Under the pieces are notes generated by a model that was not told the DNA's origin, did no database searches, and was given only the letters and a program-made list of their open reading frames with translations. A stretch of DNA of 64,000 nucleotides, from assembly GCA_963763775.1 (NCBI GenBank), contig CAVXPZ010000004.1, positions 448,001 to 512,000 of the forward strand, in the 5' to 3' direction. This DNA is from an uncultured Chloroflexia bacterium. GTDB lineage: Bacteria; Chloroflexota; Limnocylindria; Limnocylindrales; CSP1-4. Position 1 is the first letter of the stretch. Every line of letters starts with the position of its first letter. Shown here piece by piece: positions 37,243 to 46,929 of the stretch. The position numbers and the translations under genes were made by a program.

Positions 37243-38825
37243 GGCACCGTCCTCAGCTCGCCTGACTCGAGTATGGGTGCCTGAGCAGCGGCGTCCAGAC
37301 TGACCAACCGGGCTGCGGGCACCATCCCTGCCGACGTTCGGCGACGCAGTTCCCCGAACACTTGCCTCGCGCAGAACGGGACCCGCACCGGGTTCGCTTC
37401 GCCGTCCGTCGACCCGACGTGGACACAGCATTGCTGCAGGCGCTCGACGTTCAGGGTCCATGGATCCATGAACGTCTTGATCGACACCCGCTTGACGCGC
37501 AGGGCGATCTCGTCGAGCGGCGCGCTCCCCCGGTTCGTGAGCCAGCGGCCAAGGCCCTTGATGAACCCCGACACCCCGAGGTCGCAGACCTCGCAGATGT
37601 CCAGGAGATAGTCGATGACCTCGCGCCGGCTGACCATCGCGGTCTCCGAGAGCAAGCCGGTCAGGGATTCCCAGAGCGCATCATCGGGCGCGAGGCGATT
37701 GCCGAACACGGCCATCCGCTGCTTCAGACGATCCCGTCCGATCAGTTGCACGATCGACCGATGACCTCCGTCATCGCCTCGGATGAAGTAGGTGAGCGAC
37801 GAGCAGTCCGGGTGGCTGCACGGCAGCGCGATGAAATCGTCCGGTCCGACCCGACCGTCGGTCTGCTCGCCGAGCCGGCGGATGGTGCCCGTCGTCGTCG
37901 CCCGTGCCATGGGATCGACCGGGTTGGCCCGCCCGGAGGTGAACATCGGCTGGATGGCGACCCCCGCGATGTAGTCGGTCGCGAAGGCATGGTCGACGAC
38001 GGCACCCACCTCGTCATCGTTGACCCCCTTGGCGACGGCCATCGCCAGCGTCGTGAAGATCCGCTCTCCCGTGAGCCGCCGGATCGCCTCTGCCTTCATG
38101 TCGCGAAGGTCCTCACCTCGATGGAACAGGTGGGTCTCCAGTCGAAAGCCGTCGAACTGGAGGTACACCTCGACGCGGTCCCGCAGGCGCGCGAGCTCCG
38201 CCAGGAACCGGTCGTCTCGAGCGATCCGGATCCCGTTGGTATTGAGGACCACGCGGGTGACCTTGCGCTCCGCGGCCGCGGGGAGGATCTCGACGATCTC
38301 CGGATGGACGGTCGGCTCGCCGCCCGACAGCATGAGGGCGTCGACCCGGCCACCCTCGCGCTCGATCGCCGTGTCGAGCGACCGCAGGATGTGCGGAAGT
38401 CGGGCATGACGATTGATCCCGGGACCACTGTCGGCGAAGCAGGTCGGGCAATGCAGATTGCAGTTCTGGGTCACGTCGAGCAGCAGGATGCAGCTGTGCT
38501 GGGTCTGGAGATCGCCGAGGCCGTCCAGGTAGCCCATCGGGATCGGCCTGACGTTGTCGGGGACGTCCGGCGTGATCTCGCGCGTCGGGATCCGCCAATC
38601 CTGGAGGTCCTCCCAGAGGTCGTGGTCCTCTTCGTACAGGCTCACCACCTCTCCGTGGCCCCGCTGGCAGTAGCGCCGCAGGTAGACCGCGCCGTCCATC
38701 GCCACGAGGTTGCCCTGGAGGATGTCGGTCTCGTAGTCGATCTCCCGATCGGGATCGTCGCTGAAGCACTGACCGCAGACGGTCAGCACCATTCGGAGCG
38801 GCAGATAGGGGCGAAGCTCCAGCAT
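37239..38825 (-). CDS. Radical SAM enzyme of the Tes/GDGT-MAS (MJ0619, COG1964)-like family
   Basis: CNLHCPTC; LSGGEPTVHP; NTNG; YLQFDG; N-terminal CGQC...YCQRGH; PCSHPDC; C-terminal FMDPW...QQCCVH...VPFC. Confidence 0.88.
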   Translation of the reverse strand: MLELRPYLPLRMVLTVCGQCFSDDPDREIDYETDILQGNLVAMDGAVYLRRYCQRGHGEVVSLYEEDHDLWEDLQDWRIPTREITPDVPDNVRPIPMGYLDGLGDLQTQHSCILLLDVTQNCNLHCPTCFADSGPGINRHARLPHILRSLDTAIEREGGRVDALMLSGGEPTVHPEIVEILPAAAERKVTRVVLNTNGIRIARDDRFLAELARLRDRVEVYLQFDGFRLETHLFHRGEDLRDMKAEAIRRLTGERIFTTLAMAVAKGVNDDEVGAVVDHAFATDYIAGVAIQPMFTSGRANPVDPMARATTTGTIRRLGEQTDGRVGPDDFIALPCSHPDCSSLTYFIRGDDGGHRSIVQLIGRDRLKQRMAVFGNRLAPDDALWESLTGLLSETAMVSRREVIDYLLDICEVCDLGVSGFIKGLGRWLTNRGSAPLDEIALRVKRVSIKTFMDPWTLNVERLQQCCVHVGSTDGEANPVRVPFCARQVFGELRRRTSAGMVPAARLVSLDAAAQAPILESGELRTVP

Positions 38826-39367
38826 CAGGCGGACCCCATCCCCACGAAGGGGAGGCAGAGCCCCGTGATCGCGAGGAGCACGACGACCGGGACGACGAGC
38901 AAGATCGCCAGCGCGCGGCCAGCGCGCTCGGGGTCCGGATGGAGGGCCCGCAGGACCAGGGCCGAGATGCCGAGCCCGAGGAGGAGGGCGACCGTGAGCA
39001 CCCCCTGGGCCATCGGACCGGCGCCGTACGTGGTTGGACGACCCAGGTAGGCGAACGCGAATAGCACCCAGACGATGCCGTACGCACCCAGGATCGCCCA
39101 TCTCGCCCTCGATCTGATGGGCTTCATGGCATCGCGTTCATGCTCGCGGGCGGTGCGGAGGGCGAATGCCTCGCGGACCTCGTCAGCCGTGTATCCGCCG
39201 GCGATCGCCGCATGTTCGAGGGCGGCGTCGGTGAACTTCGATCGATTCACGGTCAACCAGGTGGCGAGCTGCTCCACCCTGGAGGCCCCTTGCCACCCGG
39301 TCGACGGGGAGACCGGCGTCGGATCCGGGTCGCTTGCTGCGGCGTCGCCTCGGCCGTTCTCAGTCAC
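38825..39367 (-). CDS. Hypothetical membrane protein (soluble N-terminus, 3 TM, C-terminal TGLC)
   Basis: GGAGG RBS plus GTG overlapping the Lgt-like stop; stop overlaps the radical SAM start. Confidence 0.75.
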   Translation of the reverse strand: MTENGRGDAAASDPDPTPVSPSTGWQGASRVEQLATWLTVNRSKFTDAALEHAAIAGGYTADEVREAFALRTAREHERDAMKPIRSRARWAILGAYGIVWVLFAFAYLGRPTTYGAGPMAQGVLTVALLLGLGISALVLRALHPDPERAGRALAILLVVPVVVLLAITGLCLPFVGMGSA

Positions 39368-40182
39368 GAGGTTCCCTCCATGTGGATGACGGGCGGCGGC
39401 GTGGGCACCCGGTAGGCGTCGCGTCGCACCTGGCGGATGAAATGGAGCACCAGGAGCGCGACCATGGGGATCAGGACCCATTGAGGCCCTGTCAAGCCAA
39501 GCGCCTGCGGTTCGTTCCCGCGAACGAACTCCACGAGAAATCGAAAGACCCCCGCAGCGACGAGGTACATCTTCACGGCATCGCCGGGGACGCTCACCTT
39601 GTCGCGATACCGCAGGATGACGGCGATCGCGATGAGATTGAACGCGATCTCGTACAGCATCGACGGATGCATCGGAACGTCGCACCCTGGGCAGCGAGCG
39701 AAGGCGGCTGCGGCGGCGGCATCGACGCTGATCCCCCAGGGCAGCCCCGTCGGCGTCCCGAGTGGGAGCTCCGAGAAGAAGCACCCGACCCGCCCGATCG
39801 CCGTCGCGACCGGGATCGCCAGCAGGTAGCAGTCGCCCGTGGAGCGCGTGTACCCGAAGGCGCGTTTCGTGAGGGCGATCGCCAGATACCCTCCCGCGAG
39901 CGCGCCCAGGATGCTCTTCCCGCTGTGCTCGATGACCTCGCTGAACGGGCGGTCGGCGAAGGCCGCATAGAGCTCGACGTGCTCCCACGACGTGATGACG
40001 CGCGCGCCGATCGCCCCACCGAGGACGGCGGCCAGGGAGATCCAGACGATCGGTCCGCCGAGCCATCCGCGGACCCGCAGTTCGCGGTAGTAGATCGCCA
40101 GGCCGACGGCCAGCGCGAGCACCGTGAACGCATCGTGCGTCATCAGGGTCAGGGGACCCAGCTGGAACAGGACCGGATGCAT
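39364..40182 (-). CDS. Divergent prolipoprotein diacylglyceryl transferase (Lgt) family protein
   Basis: MHPVLFQLG start, GGAIGAR, IGRVGCF, LPWG, HPSMLYE, RFLVEFVR. Confidence 0.85.
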   Translation of the reverse strand: MHPVLFQLGPLTLMTHDAFTVLALAVGLAIYYRELRVRGWLGGPIVWISLAAVLGGAIGARVITSWEHVELYAAFADRPFSEVIEHSGKSILGALAGGYLAIALTKRAFGYTRSTGDCYLLAIPVATAIGRVGCFFSELPLGTPTGLPWGISVDAAAAAAFARCPGCDVPMHPSMLYEIAFNLIAIAVILRYRDKVSVPGDAVKMYLVAAGVFRFLVEFVRGNEPQALGLTGPQWVLIPMVALLVLHFIRQVRRDAYRVPTPPPVIHMEGTS

Positions 40183-40326
40183 CAGCGCCACTCCGCGACC
40201 GGTTCGTCGGAGGCTCGGGCTCCACGGATCCGAGGCCGTCCGTCTCGCACGGTACACGGTCGGGCAATGCCCGAGCGTCGCGCGGCCGACGTCTCGCTCC
40301 GCCCAAGGCGTAGGCTGGCGCACAGC

Positions 40327-41991
40327 ATGACGACCCTGCTCGATCTGCTCGATTCAGCCGTCGGACGCTACGGCGACCGCGGGGCCCTGGCCCTGCGACG
40401 CGACGACGGCACCACGGCCGAGTGGAGCTTCCGCGAGCTCCAGCGTCGCTCCCGGATCGCCGCGTGGCGGCTGCGCGCCCTGGGCCTCGAGCCGGGCGAC
40501 CGCATCCTGACGTGGTCGCCGTCCATGCCCGAGCTCGCCGCCGCCTACTACGGGGCGATGGAGGCCCGGCTCATCCTGGTGCCGCTGGACCTGCGGATGT
40601 CGCCGCAGGCGGTCGAGGGGATCGTGGCCGCGTCGAACGCTCGGCACCTCGTCCTGGGCACGGGCCGGGACGCGCCGGACCCGCGCGAGGCCGGCCTCGA
40701 GCACTTCCCGACGACGACCGTGGAGGCGCTGTGCGCCGAGCCGGCTCCGGATGACCCGGCGTTCCCGCCCGACTGGGAGGCGCGACAGGGCGCCTGGGAG
40801 CGACCGACCACGGACGAGACCTTCGAGCTCGTGTTCACCTCCGGCACGACCGGGAATCCGAAGGGCGTGACGCTCACCCACGACAACGTCGTCGCCTCGA
40901 TCGAGTCGTTCCACCGGATCGTGCCGCCGATGGAGCACCGGATCGTCTCGCTGCTCCCGCTCTCGCACCTGCTCGAGCAGGCCGTCGGGTTGTACTACGC
41001 GCTCGACGTCGGCGCGGACATCCTGTACGTGCGCAGCCGAAACCCGCGCGTGATCTTCGATGCGCTGCGCGACCACCGCGTCACGTCGATGGTGGTCGTC
41101 CCGCAGGTGCTCGACCTGTTCTGGAGCGCCATCGAGCGCGAGGTCGAGAAACGCGGACGCACGCGCGCGTTCGAGCGGCTTCGCTGGGTCGCGCGGCACC
41201 TGCCGATGGGCCTGCGGCCACGGCTCTTCGGCAGCATCCACACGCAGCTCGGCGGCCACTTCCGCCTGTTCCTCTCCTCGGGGGCGTTCCTGCCGCCGAG
41301 CCTCCAGCAGGCGTGGGAGGACATCGGCGTCACCGTCCTCCAGGGCTACGGCGCCACCGAGACCGGGACCGGCACCTGTACGACCCTCCAGGACCACGGG
41401 CCGGGCACGGTGGGGCGACCCCCAGAGGGCATCGAGATGCGGCTCGCGGCCGACGGCGAGATCCAGTTCCGCGGCCGCACGGTCTTCGGCGGCTACTGGA
41501 ACGACCCCGTGGCGACGGCCGACGCGTTCACCGAGGACGGCTGGTACCGGACCGGCGACATCGGCCACCTCGACGCGGACGGCCGGCTCATCCTGTCCGG
41601 GCGGACCAAGGACATCATCGTGCTGCCCAACGGGTTCAACGTGTACCCGGAGGACATCGAGAACGCCCTGCGGATCGCCGGCATCCGCGATTCGGTGGTC
41701 GCCGAGACCGAGCCGGGCCGCATCGAGGCCGTCGTCCTCGCCGGGACCCCGATCGGCGAGACCGTCGCGCCGCCGCCGCCGGCCGAGTTCCGCGCCCGCA
41801 TCGACGCGGCCGTCAAGGCCGCGAACGGGACCCTGGGCCCGAACCAGCGGATCGCGGCGTGGCGCCTGTGGCCGCAGGAGGACTTCCCGCGCACCCACAC
41901 GCTCAAGATCAAGCGGGCGCCCGTGCGCGCGTGGCTCGCCGCCGATCATCCCCTCCCGGTCTCGGACGAGTCGGCTCAGCCCACCGGGTAG
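40327..41991 (+). CDS. AMP-dependent synthetase (long-chain acyl-CoA ligase-like)
   Basis: FTSGTTGNPKGV, LPLSH, QGYGATE, WYRTGDIG, GRTKD, NVYPEDIE. Confidence 0.9.
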   Translation: MTTLLDLLDSAVGRYGDRGALALRRDDGTTAEWSFRELQRRSRIAAWRLRALGLEPGDRILTWSPSMPELAAAYYGAMEARLILVPLDLRMSPQAVEGIVAASNARHLVLGTGRDAPDPREAGLEHFPTTTVEALCAEPAPDDPAFPPDWEARQGAWERPTTDETFELVFTSGTTGNPKGVTLTHDNVVASIESFHRIVPPMEHRIVSLLPLSHLLEQAVGLYYALDVGADILYVRSRNPRVIFDALRDHRVTSMVVVPQVLDLFWSAIEREVEKRGRTRAFERLRWVARHLPMGLRPRLFGSIHTQLGGHFRLFLSSGAFLPPSLQQAWEDIGVTVLQGYGATETGTGTCTTLQDHGPGTVGRPPEGIEMRLAADGEIQFRGRTVFGGYWNDPVATADAFTEDGWYRTGDIGHLDADGRLILSGRTKDIIVLPNGFNVYPEDIENALRIAGIRDSVVAETEPGRIEAVVLAGTPIGETVAPPPPAEFRARIDAAVKAANGTLGPNQRIAAWRLWPQEDFPRTHTLKIKRAPVRAWLAADHPLPVSDESAQPTG

Positions 41992-42521
41992 GGGATCCCG
42001 ATCGTCTCGAGCGCGGCCTGGATGTCCGGGGCGGTGGGATCGGTCGCGGCGCCGGGAAGCCAGTCGTACACGATCACCGTCGTCCCGAGGCCGCGGATGA
42101 CGTGGACCGTGCCTTCCGGCGACTGGACGCGACCCGGGCCGGTGGCCAGCCACTGCTGCTGCTCGGCGGCCGCCGCGGCTGCGCGCTGCGTGTCGGGGAA
42201 CTCGTAGACGGCGATGAGGCCGCGGTCCTGGTCCTGCGGCATGAACGCCTGGTAGACGGCGCGCGGCGCCGAGGCCAGCAGCGGCGCTTCGGCCGGGCGG
42301 AACGGCGTCTGCGTGTCGAGGAGGGTCATCCGCCGCTCGCCGAGCGCGGCCGAGATGGCCGCGCGCGTCTGGAGGATCGCGTCGGTGGTCGGCCGGTCGG
42401 GAGCGGTCGTCGTCGCCGGGAAGGTCGCGGCGGGCGGCGGGGCCCCGGCAGCGCATCCGGCGACCACGAGCGCCCCGGCGAGCGCTCCAGTAAGCGCGAC
42501 GGCGCGGACCAGTCGGCTCAT
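41976..42521 (-). CDS. Hypothetical lipoprotein
   Basis: Signal peptide with VAGC lipobox and Pro/Thr linker; ATGA overlap with the HIT gene. Confidence 0.75.
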   Translation of the reverse strand: MSRLVRAVALTGALAGALVVAGCAAGAPPPAATFPATTTAPDRPTTDAILQTRAAISAALGERRMTLLDTQTPFRPAEAPLLASAPRAVYQAFMPQDQDRGLIAVYEFPDTQRAAAAAAEQQQWLATGPGRVQSPEGTVHVIRGLGTTVIVYDWLPGAATDPTAPDIQAALETIGIPYPVG

Positions 42522-42883
42522 CCGGGCGGCCACTCGAACGGCCGGCCGCCCATCAGGTGCAGGTGCAGGTGGTCGACCGTCTGCCCGCCCCAACGGCCCA
42601 CGTTCGTCACGACGCGGTAGCCCGCGTCGGCGATGCCCTGCTCGCGGGCCACGGCCGCGCTCACCGCGAAGAGCCGGCCAAGCAATGGGCCGTCGGCCTC
42701 CGTCAGGTCCGCGGCCGAGCCGATGTGCCGGCGCGGGATCACGAGGATGTGCGTCGGCGCCCGGGGCGCGATGTCGCGGAACGCGATGACCTCGTCGTCC
42801 TCGTGGACCCGGGTCGATGGGATCTCGTCCGCGACGATGCGGCAGAACAGGCAGTCGGCGGCCACGGGCCCTCCTTCGGTCAT
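42518..42883 (-). CDS. Histidine triad (HINT) nucleotide-binding protein
   Basis: DCLFCRI, AFRDIAP.APTHILVIP, GQTVDHLHLHLMGG. Confidence 0.95.
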   Translation of the reverse strand: MTEGGPVAADCLFCRIVADEIPSTRVHEDDEVIAFRDIAPRAPTHILVIPRRHIGSAADLTEADGPLLGRLFAVSAAVAREQGIADAGYRVVTNVGRWGGQTVDHLHLHLMGGRPFEWPPG

Positions 42884-42887
42884 GGTC

Positions 42888-43350
42888 TCACCACAGGACG
42901 GGTTTCGAGCTCATGAGGAACCCGATCGTGCCGACGAGGCCGGCCATCAAGTACGAGATGTAGCGCTGGCGCCGCGCCCGATCCATCCACACCGTGTCGT
43001 CGGCCGCGGCCGTGACGCCGACGAGCCGCCGGAGGTTCGGCCGCTGGATGAAGAACGCGATGCCGAGGTTCACGAAGTAGATCGTCAGCGCCACGAGCAG
43101 CCACGGTTGCTGGAGCAGCCCCGAGCCGAGCACGGAGATCAGCGCGAGACCCGTGATGGCGAGGCCCAGGCCGATGACGATCGTGCCGTTGGACTGGACG
43201 TACAGCAGTCCCTGGACCACCCGGTTACCGGAGTCGACGGTGGCCCGGCGCGTCCGCAAGGGCGAACGGGAGCAGGATCGACGGCAGGACCAGGCAGACC
43301 GCCAGCGAGATGTGCGCGACGAGCAGCAGCGGGAAGACGGCAGCGGGCAT
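42888..43350 (-). CDS. 4-TM membrane protein (DUF2269-like), frameshift near 43262
   Basis: LLVAHISLA start, ITGLALI, PWL, LMSSKP C-terminus; TACAAT 7 nt upstream of the ATG. Confidence 0.65.
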
Positions 43351-43377
43351 CCGCGCGATTGTAGGGTGGCCGAGCCG

Positions 43378-44325
43378 TCAGGCCGGACGACGCGCCTCGA
43401 GGGCCACCCATTCGCCCTCGGCCGTACGGTCGCCGATGACCAGACCGGCGGCCTCGAGGGCGGCGCGGACATCGGCCTCGCGGTCGATGAAGATGCCCGA
43501 GGCGACCAGCCAACCCCCGGGACGGAGCTCGTCGTGGAGGGCCGTCGCCAGCGGCACGAGCACGCCCGCGATGAGGTTCGCGAGGACCACGTCGTACGGC
43601 GGCTCACCGGACGGGAGGCTGCCGTCGCGCGCGCGGATCCGACGGGCGAGGTGGTTCCGGCGGGCATTCGCGTGCGTGGCCTCGATCGCGATCGGGTCCG
43701 TGTCGACGCCGAGCGCCGACACGGCGCCCAGGCGGACCGCGGCGATCGCCAGGATGCCGCTGCCGCAACCGACGTCGAGGACGCGGGCACCGTCGAGCGC
43801 GCCGCGGTCCGCGAGCACCTCCAGGCCGGCGAGGCACAGCCGCGTCGTCGGGTGCAGGCCGGTCCCGAAGGCCATCCCCGGGTCCAGCGCGAGCACGACG
43901 TCGTCGGGGGCCGCGTGGTGACGGCGCCACGTGGGCCGGATGACGATCCGCCGCCCGACTCGGAGCACGGGGAAGTACGCCTTCCAGGCGTCGGCCCAGT
44001 CGGCCTCGTGGATCAGCCGTGTCCGGATCTCGCCGATCGGCCGCAGCCCGAACGCCTGGAGGTGGCCCAGGGCCTCGGACGCCTCGGCGACGCCGCGCTC
44101 GGCGGCGGCCGGGTCGCGGGCCGGGAGGTAGGCCCGGATCGTCGCCGGCCGCGATGGGTCGATGCGCGCCCCGAGCCCCTCGTCGACGAGGTCGAAGGCG
44201 GGCTCCACGGCGACCCCGCCGGGCGCGACACGCCCGAGGATCTCGCTGACCGCCTCGACCGCCTCCACGTCGGCCTCGACCGAGACCTCCAGCCAGGCAT
44301 CGCGGTCCGTCGGGTCCGGGCTCAC
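43378..44325 (-). CDS. prmA: Ribosomal protein L11 methyltransferase
   Basis: DWADAWK, LDPGMAFGTGLHPTT, VLDVGCGSGIL, ANL, SGI; GTGA overlap with dnaJ. Confidence 0.95.
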   Translation of the reverse strand: MSPDPTDRDAWLEVSVEADVEAVEAVSEILGRVAPGGVAVEPAFDLVDEGLGARIDPSRPATIRAYLPARDPAAAERGVAEASEALGHLQAFGLRPIGEIRTRLIHEADWADAWKAYFPVLRVGRRIVIRPTWRRHHAAPDDVVLALDPGMAFGTGLHPTTRLCLAGLEVLADRGALDGARVLDVGCGSGILAIAAVRLGAVSALGVDTDPIAIEATHANARRNHLARRIRARDGSLPSGEPPYDVVLANLIAGVLVPLATALHDELRPGGWLVASGIFIDREADVRAALEAAGLVIGDRTAEGEWVALEARRPA

Positions 44326-45442
44326 CCCAGACCGAGCTTCTCGAGGAAGCCGCCGGAGCCGTGGACCTCTTCGCCGCTCTCGGCCGCGAGTTCGGTCAGC
44401 AGCTCGCGCTGCCGCTTCGAAAGCTTGGTTGGCACGACCACGTCGACCATGACGTGGAGGTCGCCGCGCGACCCCGCCCGTCGCAGGTGCGGGACGCCCT
44501 TGCCGCGCAGGCGGATCTCGGTGTCCGGCTGGGTGCCGGCCTTGATCTCGACCTCCTCCTCGCCGTCGACGGTCGGGACGCGGATCTTCGTCCCGAGCGC
44601 GGCCTGGGCGATCGAGATCTTCGCCTCGTACAGGAGCTCCGTGCCCTCGCGCTTGAGCGTCGGATGCGGGGCCACGTGGACCGCCACGTAGAGGCTGCCG
44701 GGCGTCCCGCCTCGGGGACCGACCTCGCCCTCGCCCGAGAGGCGGATCTGGTGGCCCTCGTCGATGCCGGGCGGGATGCTGACACCGGCAGCGTGCGCTT
44801 GCGCTCCGTCCGACCGTCGCCCTTGCAGGTGTGGCACGGCGTCTCGACGATCTTGCCTTCGCCCTTGCAGCGCGGGCAGGCGCTGACGTTGACCATCTGG
44901 CCGAGCATCGTCTGGCGCACGCTGCGGATCTCGCCGCGGCCCTCGCACTGGGGGCAGGTCGTCGCCTCCGTGCCGGGCTCGGCGCCGTTGCCGTGACACG
45001 TCTCGCACGGCTGGAGGACGCGGAACTCGATCTCCTTCTCGGTGCCCTTGACGGCTTCCTCGAAGGTGATGCGGAGGTCGTACCGCAGGTCCGCGCCAGG
45101 CTGCGGCCGTCCGCGCCGCGCCGCCCCGGCTCCGGCCCCGCCGCCGAAGAACGCGTCGAAGATGTCCGAGAACCCACCGAACCCGTCGAAACCCGGGGCA
45201 CCGCCCGCCGCGCCGTCGACCCCCGCGCGGCCGAACATGTCGTACCGCTGGCGGCGGTCCGGATCCGAGAGGACCTGGTACGCCTCGTTGATCTCCTTGA
45301 ACTGCTCCTGCGCGGCTGGATCGGTGTTGACGTCCGGGTGCCATTGCTGGGCGAGCTTGCGGAAGGCGCGCTTGATCTCGGCGTCGGATGCCCCGCGCTC
45401 GACGCCGAGGACCTGGTAGTAGTCGCGCTCGGTGGTGGCCAT
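44322..45442 (-). CDS. dnaJ: Chaperone DnaJ (frameshift near 44785)
   Basis: J domain with HPD, G/F region, four CxxCxGxG repeats, IPPGID, LRGKGVP. Confidence 0.95.
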
Positions 45443-45555
45443 GGAGGCTCACAGGATACGGGAGGCGACTCCGGGACTCGTGCGCGCGGGCGGCGCGGTA
45501 CTGTGCGAATGTCCGTCCCGCCCGTCCCGCACGTCCCGCCCGGCTGGAGCCCCCG

Positions 45556-46386
45556 ATGACCGATGCGCCTCGCCTGACCGTCGCGCTCACCTTCGATCAC
45601 GACGCGATCTCCGACTCGGTCCGCCGCGGCGACCCGCCGGTCAAGTTCTCGCACGGCGAGTTCGGGCCGCGCGTCGGCGTGCCGCGGATCCTGTCGCTGC
45701 TGGCGCGCCACGCGATCCCGGCGACCTGGTTCGTGCCCGGGCACACGCTCGAGACGTTCCCGGACTCGATCGACGCGATCCTCGCCGGTGGCCATGAGCT
45801 CGCCTGCCACGGCTGGTATCACGAGGACTTCGCCGAGCTCGACGCCGACGCCCAGGGCGAGATCCTGCGGCGGTGCGTGGAAGCCGTCCGATCGCGGACC
45901 GGCGCCGCGCCGAGCGGCCATCGGGCGCCGTACTGGTCGCTCGGGGCCGGCACGCTCGCGCTCGTGGAGGCGGCCGGGTTCGGCTACGACTCGTCGCTGA
46001 TGTCCGACGACTACCGGCTCGCGCGCGTCCGGCACGGCGACCGGCACTCGACCGCGGCCGGGACGACGTGGGGCGGGGCCGGCCGTCTGGTGGAGGTGCC
46101 CGTCTACTGGGGCCTCGACGACTGGCCGATGTTCGAGCCGGGGCCTGGTCGTGACGGGCTGTCCGCGCCGTCGCGCGTCCTCGAGATCTGGCTTGGCGAG
46201 CTTCGGTACGCCCACGCCAACGCCCCGGGCGGCCTCCTCACGGTGACCATGCACCCGGAATGCATCGGCCGAGGCCACCGGATGGCGATGCTCGAGACGT
46301 TCATCGCCGAGGCGGCCGCCCTCCCGGGCGTCGTGTTCGAGCGCCTGGATGCCGTCGTGAGCCGCTGGTCGGCCGCAAACCCCTAG
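45556..46386 (+). CDS. CE4 deacetylase (PuuE/HpPgdA-like)
   Basis: LTFDHD, GEFGPRVGVPRIL, ATWFVPG, HGWYHE, RAPYW, YDSS, LDDWP, TMHP. Confidence 0.85.
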   Translation: MTDAPRLTVALTFDHDAISDSVRRGDPPVKFSHGEFGPRVGVPRILSLLARHAIPATWFVPGHTLETFPDSIDAILAGGHELACHGWYHEDFAELDADAQGEILRRCVEAVRSRTGAAPSGHRAPYWSLGAGTLALVEAAGFGYDSSLMSDDYRLARVRHGDRHSTAAGTTWGGAGRLVEVPVYWGLDDWPMFEPGPGRDGLSAPSRVLEIWLGELRYAHANAPGGLLTVTMHPECIGRGHRMAMLETFIAEAAALPGVVFERLDAVVSRWSAANP

Positions 46387-46402
46387 GGGACCGAGGCCAC
46401 GC

Positions 46403-46921
46403 ATGATCCTCCCCAAGGTCCGCGATCCGCGGTTCATCACGGTCCGTCGCGGCGGGACCCTGCAGGACGACGACCATCGTCGCCTCGCGATGTGGGCGGC
46501 CGACTGCGCGGAGCACGTGCTGCATCACTTCGAGGTCGCACGGCCGCAGGACGACCGGCCACGTCGCGCGATCGAGCTCGGGCGCTCCTGGGCCAGAGGC
46601 GAGATCCCGTGGGCCGAGGCCCGCACGGCGGCCGGCCATGCGAACGCCGCGGCCAGGGACCTGCGCGGGGCGGCACGGTACGCGGCGTACGCGGCCGCGC
46701 AGGCCGCGGCGGTGGGCCACGTGGCGGCCCATGAGCTCGGTGCGGCCGCCTACGCGATCAGGGCCGTGCAGGCGGCTACGGCCGGAGACGACGAGCGAGC
46801 GGCGGCCGGCCGAGCGGAGTGTCAGTGGCAGCGCGCTCGACTCCCCCGCGAGATCCGGGAACTCGTGCTCGATGACCAGCGGTTGCGCAACGAGCTGTGC
46901 TGGTTCGTGTTCGTGGACTGA
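46403..46921 (+). CDS. Imm5-like putative immunity protein
   Basis: RDPRFITVRRGG...WAADCAEHVL...DDRPRRAI...HVAAH...QWQ pattern. Confidence 0.75.
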   Translation: MILPKVRDPRFITVRRGGTLQDDDHRRLAMWAADCAEHVLHHFEVARPQDDRPRRAIELGRSWARGEIPWAEARTAAGHANAAARDLRGAARYAAYAAAQAAAVGHVAAHELGAAAYAIRAVQAATAGDDERAAAGRAECQWQRARLPREIRELVLDDQRLRNELCWFVFVD

Positions 46922-46929
46922 CGCCGCCG

